This document shows positions 1 through 10,244 of a DNA stretch of 64,000 nucleotides, in pieces. Origin of the DNA: an uncultured delta proteobacterium (lineage in GTDB: Bacteria > Myxococcota > UBA727 > VGSZ01); assembly GCA_963775425.1 (NCBI GenBank), contig CAVZJB010000002.1, positions 1-64,000 of the forward strand, in the 5' to 3' direction. The notes under the pieces were generated by a model. It saw only the letters and a list, made by a program, of their open reading frames with translations, did not search any database and was not told where the DNA came from. Positions within the stretch are counted from its first letter, which is position 1; every line of letters starts with the position of its first letter. Position numbers and translations under genes: made by a program.

Positions 1-993
1 CGCGAGGGGTTCAAGGTCGCGCGCTCAACGCTCGGCGAGTGGGTGGACGCATCGACCAACCTGCTCGGCCACATCTTCGACGCGATGTGGAAAAACGCAA
101 AGCACAACGCGTCGTACTCCATCGTCGACGCCACTGGCGTGCTCGTGCAGGCGAAGGGCGCGTGCAAACGCTGTCACTTCTACGTCGTCGTCGTGCCGAA
201 GGAGCACGTGCTCTTTCGCTTCACCGAGAAAAACGACGGGCCGACGGTCGCGACGCTGCTCGAAGGCTTCAAGGGCTTCATCCACGCTGACGCGGCGACC
301 GTGTACCACGAGCTTTATCGCCGCGAGCTCGAGCAGCTCACCGAGGTCGGCTGTTGGTGCCACACGCGGCGGAAGTTCTTCGATGCCCTGTCGTCCGACC
401 GGGAGCGCGCGCTCGTCGGCATCGGATACATCAGCCATCTCTACGACGCCCACCGCGCGACGCTTGATGAGGACGGCGTCGCCGACACGGAGAAGCGCGC
501 CAAGCTTGCTCGGCCGATCCTCGCGAAGCTGTTGTGGTGGGCGCGCCGTGAATTTCGCGCGGTCGACGACGGCACGCCAATCCACCTCGCCCTCGGCTAT
601 CTCGTGCGCCAGAGACGCGCGTTGCTTCGCTTCCTCGACGACGGGCGAATACGGCTCGACACCAACCCAGCCGAGCTCGCTCTGCGGCGCGAAGCCGTCG
701 GCAGGAAGAACTGGCTCTTCCTCGGCAGCGACGACAGCGCAAAGTGGAACACGATCACGGTTTCGCTCATTGCGAGCTGTCAGATGCACGACATCGAGCC
801 CTGGGCGTACCTGCGCGACGTGCTGACGCTGCTGCCCTCATGGCCGCAGCAGCGCGTGCTCGAGCTCGCGCCGAAGAACTGGCGCGCCACGCTCGCCACG
901 CTCGAAGTGCAGGAGCGCCTCGCCGAGCTCCGACTCATCGACCGCGCCACGCCGGTGCACCCGACCGACGCGATCGCTGCCGTCGACCTGTAG
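1..993 (+). CDS. IS66-family transposase (TnpC), 5'-truncated by window edge
   Basis: Frame open from base 1 (REGFKVARSTLGEW...). IS66 motifs include DATG, GFIHADA, GCWCHTRRKF, LDTNPAELALR, GRKNWLFLGS and SLIASC...IEPWAYLRDVL. Confidence 0.93.
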   Translation, partial: REGFKVARSTLGEWVDASTNLLGHIFDAMWKNAKHNASYSIVDATGVLVQAKGACKRCHFYVVVVPKEHVLFRFTEKNDGPTVATLLEGFKGFIHADAATVYHELYRRELEQLTEVGCWCHTRRKFFDALSSDRERALVGIGYISHLYDAHRATLDEDGVADTEKRAKLARPILAKLLWWARREFRAVDDGTPIHLALGYLVRQRRALLRFLDDGRIRLDTNPAELALRREAVGRKNWLFLGSDDSAKWNTITVSLIASCQMHDIEPWAYLRDVLTLLPSWPQQRVLELAPKNWRATLATLEVQERLAELRLIDRATPVHPTDAIAAVDL

Positions 994-1169
994 GATCTGC
1001 GTCGCGTTCGCCGACGCCGGCGGGGCCCCGCCCACCGGCCAAGTCGCGGTAGCCGCGGTGGGCGGCCCGCCGCCCCCGGGGCAGCGGCCCCGATACGCGC
1101 CCACGCCGCCCCCGCCCACGCTGGCAGTCGCCGCAGCTCGCGTCCAGACGTGGTTCGCCGGCCGCATAC
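1..1169 (+). mobile_element. IS66 element, right part, with right terminal inverted repeat at 1152-1169
   Basis: GGTTCGCCGGCCGCATAC at 1152-1169 (reverse complement GTATGCGGCCGGCGAACC) resembles IS66 GTAA/GTAT-starting termini and lies just downstream of the transposase. Confidence 0.75.
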
Positions 1170-1189
1170 GTCGGCTACGTCGACGACCC

Positions 1190-1266
1190 GTAGGGCGGGG
1201 GCTCGTCCCCCGCCTTTTCCGTCGGCGGGTGCGCGTGGGGATGCGGGGGACAAGCCCCCGCCCTAC
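1190..1266. repeat. Inverted pair of GTAG-type REP palindromes (REPIN-like)
   Basis: GTAGGGCGGGGGCTCGTCCCCCGCC (1190-1214) and inverted GCGGGGGACAAGCCCCCGCCCTAC (1243-1266). Each is a GTAG tetranucleotide followed by a GC hairpin. Confidence 0.8.
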
Positions 1267-1503
1267 GCACCGCGGTTCGCAAATCGTCACACCGGGCGCG
1301 CGTCTCGAACCCGTTGAGCCTGGGGGCAATCTCGCTCCGATCCGCTTGCCGCCGGCCGCGGATCCGATCCGGGCCGCCCTCGTGTCCCTCGTGTCCTCGT
1401 GTGCTCGTTCTGTCGGGCCCTCGACCTCTCCCGCATCTCTCGCGTCGCCCTTCCCGATCGAGAGAGCGGCGAAGCTCCGCAGAGCTCCGCCGCCGAGCGG
1501 CCA

Positions 1504-1836
1504 TCACCGGTACAGCCGCAGCATCGCGCACAGGTGATTGCAGTAGTCCTTGATGGCCGCGTGCTGCTCGGGAGCGATGACGCCGAAGTCCTCCGCGACA
1601 TCCGCGATGGCGCTCACCTCGGCGGCGCTCCCGGACGCGATCCGGAAGTAGCGCCCACGCTCCGCGAGCGACTCGTGCCGGCTCCCCTCGCAGAAGTTCA
1701 ACGTCACCGAGGCCGACGCGCGGCGAAGCTGGTCCTTCAGGTTGCTGAAGCCACGCGGCAGCCGGTTGGCGAGCGCGGCAGCCTCGCGGTTGAGCGCGCG
1801 CGAGGTGAGGTAGATGCGGGAGTGCTCGTGCTTCAT
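1504..1836 (-). CDS. Four helix bundle protein (23S rRNA IVP / TIGR02436-like)
   Basis: 110 aa with the family motifs LKDQLRRASASVTLNFCEG and RYFRIASGSAAEV; AAGGAG Shine-Dalgarno upstream. Confidence 0.88.
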   Translation of the reverse strand: MKHEHSRIYLTSRALNREAAALANRLPRGFSNLKDQLRRASASVTLNFCEGSRHESLAERGRYFRIASGSAAEVSAIADVAEDFGVIAPEQHAAIKDYCNHLCAMLRLYR

Positions 1837-1955
1837 GGCCTGGTCTCCTTGCGGATCCCCGACGTGGGGCCCTCGTCAAAAGCGCGAAGCGCTTGAGGGC
1901 CCCACGTCGGGGTTCGCGAAGACCACACGGGCCAGGCCATGAAGCGCGAGCACTC
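1820..1955. repeat. Long imperfect palindrome centred at ~1887
   Basis: Perfect 18-bp inverted repeat 1857-1874/1895-1912, 24-bp inverted repeat with one mismatch 1820-1843/1932-1955, and a central AAGCGC-GAA-GCGCTT hairpin. Confidence 0.9.
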
Positions 1956-2111
1956 TCTCGTCGAGAACCGGCCTACGAGCGACAGCATTTTCCTGAAACG
2001 GCGAGTGACCCCGAGGCCATGTTCGTCCTCCTTCTCGGCCTGCGCGCGGCGGCCACGCAGGCTCTGAAGGCCGCCGTGCACTTCTGCGCCATGCTCTACA
2101 AGTTTCGCTGA
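1939..2111 (+). pseudogene. Degenerate, internally shortened inverted copy of the four helix bundle gene
   Basis: Starts MKREHS (intact copy MKHEHS). In another frame it ends HFCAMLYKFR* (intact copy HLCAMLRLYR*). The middle is short and out of frame. Confidence 0.6.
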
Positions 2112-2315
2112 GGCTCGGCGCGCGCGGCGGGGCTCGGCCTCGCCGCGCGTCGAGGTCCGATCTCCGCCGTCCGCGATCCGCTGGCCGCCGGCCGAGCGTC
2201 CGAGTCGATGTCGCTTCAGCGCACCTCGTGTTCTTCGTTCCTCGTTCCTCGTCTCCTCAATCTCTCTCGCGTCGCCCATCACCCGTCGCTGATCCTCCGC
2301 GGGGCCGTTTGAAAG

Positions 2316-2635
2316 TCGTCACACCGGGCGCGCGTTTCGAACCCGTTCGCGTCCTCGGCTACGTCGACGACCCGTAGGGCGGGGGCTTGCCCCCGCATCG
2401 GAGTGACCCGGCGCTTCGGAAATCGTCACACCGGGCGCGCGTTTCGAACCCATTCGTCGACGTCGGCTACGTCGACGATTCTGTAGGGCGGGGGCTTGTC
2501 CCCCGCGTCGGAAAGACCCGGCGCCGTGAACGGTGCCGGTGCCCTCCGACGCGCCCCACAAGGGGGCGCCCTACGCGATGCAGCGCGTGCCGTCGTCGTT
2601 CGGAGCGCGCTTCGCAAATCGTCACACGGGACGCG
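2316..2635. repeat. Two tandem ~107-bp units containing GTAG REPs, plus an inverted REP and a partial unit
   Basis: TCGTCACACCGGGCGCGCGTTTCGAACCC at 2316 and 2423 (near-identical copy at ~1284, partial at ~2619). REPs at 2374-2396 and 2483-2506; inverted variant at 2551-2574. Confidence 0.85.
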
Positions 2636-2782
2636 GGCCCCTCACTCCCCCGCTGCGCGTCGCCGTCGGCGTCGCTCGCGTCCGGATAGTTCAGGCGTCG
2701 ACGTCGACATGCGACCCCGCCCTCGCGCGCTGCGCCCGTCGAGGCTATGGGGGAGCGCGCCTTGCCCTCGTGCGCGCGAAGA

Positions 2783-2799
2783 TCGGCACACCGGCCGCA
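2783..2799 (+). promoter_or_regulatory. Possible sigma54 (-24/-12) promoter for the Y-RNA/Ro-like operon
   Basis: TCGGCACACCGGCCGCA has GG at 2785-86, 10 nt, then GC at 2797-98 with a GGCAC core. The TT before GC is replaced by CC, so the match is imperfect. Confidence 0.3.
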
Positions 2800-2854
2800 C
2801 GTGTCGAACCGAGCACGAAGCCGGCGACGCGGTCGGGGCGCTCGGAGGAAGAAC

Positions 2855-2923
2855 ATGAAGCGCTTCTGGATCGACAACACGCTGTGGTGGTCTGTGCATG
2901 AGGGGCGGTCCGGATCCGCGTGA
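2855..2923 (+). CDS. Putative Trp-rich small/leader peptide MKRFWIDNTLWWSVHEGRSGSA
   Basis: GGAGG Shine-Dalgarno at 2844-2848 before the ATG; 22 codons, three of them Trp. Confidence 0.3.
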   Translation: MKRFWIDNTLWWSVHEGRSGSA

Positions 2924-2979
2924 ATGCCGGCGGCGCCGGCGGCGTCCATGGGGTCCACGCTGAACGGAAGGAGGACTCG

Positions 2980-3027
2980 ATGAACGCACCGACGAACACG
3001 CACCGCGAGGCCTCCGCCTGCGCGTAG
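2980..3027 (+). CDS. Putative small peptide MNAPTNTHREASACA
   Basis: Strong AAGGAGG Shine-Dalgarno 5 nt upstream of the ATG; stop lies just before the tRNA-like RNA. Confidence 0.25.
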   Translation: MNAPTNTHREASACA

Positions 3028-3053
3028 CGACGACGTCGAACCGCTTCTCAGGT

Positions 3054-3201
3054 TTCGCGCGCCCCCACACGAAAAGCATACACAGACTCCTAATCTCGAG
3101 GTCGCGGGTTCGAATCCCGCCGGCTGCTCCACATGCAGCCGTAGCTCAGCGGTAGAGCGCGGCCCCTTCGGGGGAACTTGCTTTCCGGACTTGCGCGCGA
3201 A
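3054..3201 (+). ncRNA. YrlA-like (bacterial Y RNA) circularly permuted tRNA mimic
   Basis: T-arm GCGGG-TTCGAAT-CCCGC (3104-3120) comes before a closed acceptor stem CGGCTGC/GCAGCCG (3121-3127/3135-3141, loop TCCACAT), then TA and D-arm GCTC-AGCGGTA-GAGC (3144-3158). Outer stems GAAAAGCA/TGCTTTCC and TTCGCGCGC/GCGCGCGAA close it. It lies upstream of a TROVE-like gene. Confidence 0.85.
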
Positions 3202-3231
3202 TTTCTCTTGGCCCTCCGGGGCCCCCTCTCC

Positions 3232-6171
<2,940 letters not shown>

Positions 6172-6288
6172 GTTGCCAAGCCGGCATGCCGGTGATGCCC
6201 GGGCGGTCCGGGGCGATCCGGGGCGATCGGCCGTCGCGTGCGCCGTGCCCGTGTTGCCGGCGCGGGGCCCCTGTGCGTTCCTCGGCGC

Positions 6289-7131
6289 GTGCTCCACCCG
6301 TGCGCCCTCCTCATCGCGCTCGCCGCCCAGGCGCCGGAGCCGCCGCTCGAGCCGCTGTCGGACCCGGCGCCCGATCCGCTCGCGCTGTTGAACCAGGCGG
6401 CGGACGCGCGCGCGCAAAAGGACGCCGGGCGTTGCGAAGAGCAGGCGGCGGCCGCGCTGCACACGGGTGCGCTCGACGTGGAGCAGGCGGCGCGCGCGTG
6501 GGCGTTGCGCGGGGCGTGCCTCGCGCTCGCCGGCGCCGGCGACAAGGCGCGGCGCTGCTACGCGGTGGCGCTGCGGGTGAAGCCGGACATGGCCGCGGTC
6601 GACGACGACGCCTTTCGCGCGGCCAAGCACGAGCTGCCGGCGCAGGCGTTCGCCTTCCGCGCCGCGCGGGTGCCGGAGCCGGCGGACACGGTGGAGGTCG
6701 AGATCCTCGGAGACGACCTGCGCCTCGCCGCGAACGCGGTCCTCGTGCGCGGCGGGGAGGAGCTCGCGCGCTTCCCGCTCAGCGCCGACGCCGCCAAGCA
6801 CCGCGTGACGGGCCTCGGCGCCGGGCCGCTGTCGGCGTTCCTGCTCGACAGGTACGGAAACCGCGTCGCCCACGTCGACGTGGCCACGGAGCCCGAGCAC
6901 GTGATCACGCCGCCGCCGGCGACGGCGGGCCCCGCGCCCACGGTGCTCACCACGCTCGGCGCCACCGCGCTCGGCGCCGGCCTCGTCGGCATCGTGGTGT
7001 CCGGCATCGGCGTCGCCGCGCTCGGCGACAAGGCCCTCGACGACGGCCAGCTCTGGCTCGTCGGCGTCGGCGCCTCCACCGGCCTCTTCCTGGTGGGCGC
7101 CTCGCTCGTCGTCGTCGACCAGGGCCTCTGA
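6289..7131 (+). CDS. Exported TPR-like protein with C-terminal membrane helices
   Basis: Hydrophobic N-terminus, TPR-like AWALRGACLALAG...ARRCYAVALRVKP segment, two C-terminal TM segments; start uncertain. Confidence 0.6.
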   Translation: MLHPCALLIALAAQAPEPPLEPLSDPAPDPLALLNQAADARAQKDAGRCEEQAAAALHTGALDVEQAARAWALRGACLALAGAGDKARRCYAVALRVKPDMAAVDDDAFRAAKHELPAQAFAFRAARVPEPADTVEVEILGDDLRLAANAVLVRGGEELARFPLSADAAKHRVTGLGAGPLSAFLLDRYGNRVAHVDVATEPEHVITPPPATAGPAPTVLTTLGATALGAGLVGIVVSGIGVAALGDKALDDGQLWLVGVGASTGLFLVGASLVVVDQGL

Positions 7132-7230
7132 GCCGCTCGTGCGCGCCGCTCACGCGCGCGGGTCCTCTCGACGCGGGCGCGCAGCGACCCACGGGTTCGC
7201 GCCCCGCTCGAGGCACGCGCCGCGCTCGGC

Positions 7231-7266
7231 TTGACAGGCGCCAGGATTGGTCGTACCACACGACCA
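7231..7266 (+). promoter_or_regulatory. -35 box and FadR/GntR-type operator
   Basis: TTGACA at 7231; TGGTCGTACCA and the palindrome TGGTCGT-N5-ACGACCA lie directly before the GntR start. Confidence 0.6.
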
Positions 7267-7267
7267 C

Positions 7268-8005
7268 ATGACCACCTCGATCGCACCCATCGCCCGCGCC
7301 ACCGCCGCCGAAGCGTGCACGCAAGAGCTCCGCGAGCGGATCTTGCGGGGCGCGTTCCCCGCCGGCGCCAAGCTCCCGCCCGAGCGCACGCTCGCCGCAG
7401 ACTTCGGCGTCAACCGCGTCACCGTGCGCGCGGCGCTGTCGACGCTGGCCGCCGAGAAGCTCGTCCAGATCCGCCAGGGCAGCGGCGCCGTGGTCGCCGA
7501 TTTCCTCGAGAGCGGCGGGCCCGGGCTGATCGCGCAGGTGGTCGCGCTCGCCGCCGGCGCCAAGGCCCGCGCGGCGGTCGCGGATCTCCTCGCCGTGCGC
7601 CGCGCGCTCGCGCGCATCGTCATGGAGCGCGTGGTCGACCGCATCGACGACGCCGGCCGCGGCCGCATCAAGAGCGCGGTGCAGTCCTTCGCCCGCGTCG
7701 TCGACGAGCGCCCGGCCGTGAGCGCCGTCGCCGCCGCGGACCTCGCGGTGATGCGCGCCATCGTCGCCGAGTCCGGCAGCCCCGTGCTGCAGCTCTGCCT
7801 GAACCCCGTCGCCGGCGTCCTCGCGTCGCTCCCGCAGCTCTGCGAGGCGATGTTCGCCGCGCCCGAGGCCTCGCTCGCCGGCTACCAGGCGCTGCTCGGC
7901 GCGCTCGAGCAGCCGTCGACGGCGATCGCCGGGATGATGGTCGACGTCCTCGCCGCCCACGACGAAGAGACGCTCGCGCGGCTCGAGCACTGGAGGAAGA
8001 GATGA
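7268..8005 (+). CDS. GntR/FadR family transcriptional regulator
   Basis: wHTH LRERILRGAFPAGAKLPPERTLAADFGVNRVTVRAAL with an FCD-like C-terminus. Confidence 0.93.
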   Translation: MTTSIAPIARATAAEACTQELRERILRGAFPAGAKLPPERTLAADFGVNRVTVRAALSTLAAEKLVQIRQGSGAVVADFLESGGPGLIAQVVALAAGAKARAAVADLLAVRRALARIVMERVVDRIDDAGRGRIKSAVQSFARVVDERPAVSAVAAADLAVMRAIVAESGSPVLQLCLNPVAGVLASLPQLCEAMFAAPEASLAGYQALLGALEQPSTAIAGMMVDVLAAHDEETLARLEHWRKR

Positions 8006-9171
8006 CCCGCGCGTTCGCCGTCGACGTCCCGCGGCCCCGCGCCGTGCGGCAGATGGACGTCGGCCTGCTCGTCATCGCCCTGCAGTTCATCATCCCGGCG
8101 GTCGGCTATATCGTCGACCCCGCGGGCGCCGTCGCCGTGCTCGAGAGGATCGACGCCGCCCTCGGCGCGGGGCCGCCGCCCCTCTCGCACGCCGTGGCGC
8201 TCGGCGCGCTGTCGCCCGAGGGCGCGCAGTTGTGGCACATGCTCGCCGTCGGCAACGTGATGACGCTCGGCTTCCTCTGCCTGCTCATCCGCAAGGACGT
8301 CGTGCGCTTCCTCCCCGCGCTGCCGGCCCTCGCGTTCCTCAAGGCCTTCTCGGCGCTCTACGCGCTCTGCATCGCGGGGGCGCACCGGATGCCCGCGTTC
8401 GCCGCGGTGTTCGTCCTCGACGGCGGCACCACGATCTTGATGGTCGTCCTCGCGCTGCGCGCCGCCCACGCACGCACGCGCGACCGCACGGCGCCGTGGT
8501 GGATGCGCTGGCTGCTCGTCCACCCCGAGCGCATCGAGGACACGCTCGCGCGCATCCCGGACGCGCCCACGCTCCGGCAGATCTGCGCCGGCGCCGCGCG
8601 CATGTGGCGGCGCATCCTGTTTCGCAGCGAGAGCCTCGGCACGTCGCGCGCGCCGGTGCGCCGCACGTGGCGCGCCCGCGTGCTCGCGCTCCGCGCGGTG
8701 CGCCTGCCCGTGCTGCTCCTCGAGGGCGCGGTGGCGCCGTTCAATCCCACCGGGCTCGCGTCCACGCCCGAGCGCATCACGCGCCACCTCCTCGCCGCGC
8801 ACCACGACGGCCCGCAGCTCCTGTACGACCTCGAGCTCCTCGCGCTCTTCCCCGGGGCGCTGACGCGCCTGCGCGCGCTGGCCGCCGCCGTCGTCGACGG
8901 TGTCCATCCGCGCGCGCGCTACCTGCGCGACCTCTGCGTGTTCGAGGGGTACCACGAGGAGCTGCTCGCGGCCGTCGACGACGCGCTCGCCGGCCGCGCC
9001 CCGCTCGTCGACGACCCCGACCTCACCTTCCGGGCGTTCCTCGCCTGGTGCCGCTCACAACCGAGCGGCGCGGCGCAGGTGCTCCACGCGGCGCGCGAAG
9101 GTGGCGTCGAACGTGTGGCCGGAGGCGAAGCGGACGGCGCGCGCGGCGTGCGCGCGGATCTCGTCGCGTGA
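8002..9171 (+). CDS. Membrane protein (about 4 TM) fused to an uncharacterised soluble domain
   Basis: ATGA overlap with the gntR gene; N-terminal TM helices; C-domain ...RHLLAAHHDGPQLLYDLELL...FEGYHE. Confidence 0.7.
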   Translation: MTRAFAVDVPRPRAVRQMDVGLLVIALQFIIPAVGYIVDPAGAVAVLERIDAALGAGPPPLSHAVALGALSPEGAQLWHMLAVGNVMTLGFLCLLIRKDVVRFLPALPALAFLKAFSALYALCIAGAHRMPAFAAVFVLDGGTTILMVVLALRAAHARTRDRTAPWWMRWLLVHPERIEDTLARIPDAPTLRQICAGAARMWRRILFRSESLGTSRAPVRRTWRARVLALRAVRLPVLLLEGAVAPFNPTGLASTPERITRHLLAAHHDGPQLLYDLELLALFPGALTRLRALAAAVVDGVHPRARYLRDLCVFEGYHEELLAAVDDALAGRAPLVDDPDLTFRAFLAWCRSQPSGAAQVLHAAREGGVERVAGGEADGARGVRADLVA

Positions 9172-10212
9172 TCGATCGAGGCGCGCGATGATCTCCGCCA
9201 TGGCGCGGGTGTCGCCGAGCGGCACCCCCCAGCCCACCTCGCAGCGGCGGCGCAGGCCGCGCCACGCGTCGTTGTCGAAGCCGACGATGGGGACGCCGCA
9301 CGAGAGCGTCTCGAGGTAGGTGCACGAAGGGTCCCCCTGGATGTGCGGGCAGACGAACACGTCGATGCCCTCGCGCACCTTGGCCATCAGCGCCTCGAAC
9401 GGCACCACGCCCTCGAGGCGCACCTGCTCCTCGAGGCCCGCGGCGGCGATGCGATCGCTCAGCGCCTGCTCCTGCGGGCCGCCGCCCCAGACGTGCATGA
9501 CGAAGCGGACGCCGAGGCTGCGCAGGTGGCGCGCGACCTCGACGAGGTGCAGGACGCCCTTCATCGGGATCAGGCGGCCGGAGAACGCGAGGTGCAGGAC
9601 GTCGCCTCGGCCGCGGCGCTCGACGTCGGCGGGGGACGCGAGCATCGGGGGCGTGACGCGCGTGTCGAAGTAGAGGATGGGGTCGCGGTTGAGGTGCGCC
9701 CACGCCTCGAACGTGGGCGTGCCGTTGCACTGCAGGCCGGCGGCGCCGGCGACGAGCGCGCGCACCTTGCGCTCCTGCATCGTCTCCCAGACCACGCGCT
9801 TGGCGAGCTTCCTGACGCGGGGTTCCTCGGCCACGGCGATCTGGACGCGCGTCTTGTAGTTGTACTCGGCGATGACGACGTACGGCACGCCGAGCGCGCG
9901 GCACACGCGCGCGACCGGGCCGTGGCGGTAGTCGACGCCGATGAGCACCACCGACGCGCCGCGCACCACCTCGGCGACGCCGGCCTCGCGCGGGTCCTTG
10001 ACGACCAGGGAGAAGGGCAGCTCGCTCAGCGCGTACGGCTGCTGGTCGAGGTTGGTGTCGGGGCGCGTGCGCGGCGCCATCATCGCCACCACCTCGCCGG
10101 GCCAACCCTTCTTGAGGGCCCCCATGCCGTCGACGAATTTGCGCGTGAGCTCCACGCGCCCGTCGGGGAGCTGGAGGACATCGAGAGAGAAGACACCGAT
10201 GGCGCGTCCCAC
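9055..10212 (-). CDS. Glycosyltransferase family 4 (GT-B)
   Basis: FSGRLIPMKG, WGGGPQ, DVFVCP and YLETLSCGVPIV motifs; GTG start inferred. Confidence 0.85.
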   Translation of the reverse strand: MGRAIGVFSLDVLQLPDGRVELTRKFVDGMGALKKGWPGEVVAMMAPRTRPDTNLDQQPYALSELPFSLVVKDPREAGVAEVVRGASVVLIGVDYRHGPVARVCRALGVPYVVIAEYNYKTRVQIAVAEEPRVRKLAKRVVWETMQERKVRALVAGAAGLQCNGTPTFEAWAHLNRDPILYFDTRVTPPMLASPADVERRGRGDVLHLAFSGRLIPMKGVLHLVEVARHLRSLGVRFVMHVWGGGPQEQALSDRIAAAGLEEQVRLEGVVPFEALMAKVREGIDVFVCPHIQGDPSCTYLETLSCGVPIVGFDNDAWRGLRRRCEVGWGVPLGDTRAMAEIIARLDRSRDEIRAHAARAVRFASGHTFDATFARRVEHLRRAARL

Positions 10213-10244
10213 GCCACGAGCATGGCAACTTTCCCTGCGGAAGT

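Noticed and set aside
1504-2111. Diversity-generating retroelement (Avd plus TR/VR pair)
   Set aside because: No reverse transcriptase in the window; the repeats are inverted and their differences are not adenine-specific.
2316-2635. CRISPR array
   Set aside because: Only 2-3 units, the intervening sequences are themselves homologous rather than unique spacers, and no cas genes are present.
3087-3160. Ordinary tRNA-Arg(CCT) gene or integrase att-site tRNA fragment
   Set aside because: The halves are in permuted order and pair with each other through a closed acceptor loop. There is no full anticodon stem and no integrase nearby, so it is better explained as a Y-RNA-like mimic.
6172-6290. 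yybP-ykoY manganese riboswitch expected upstream of a TMEM165/GDT1 gene
   Set aside because: No recognisable conserved riboswitch core in the short intergenic region.
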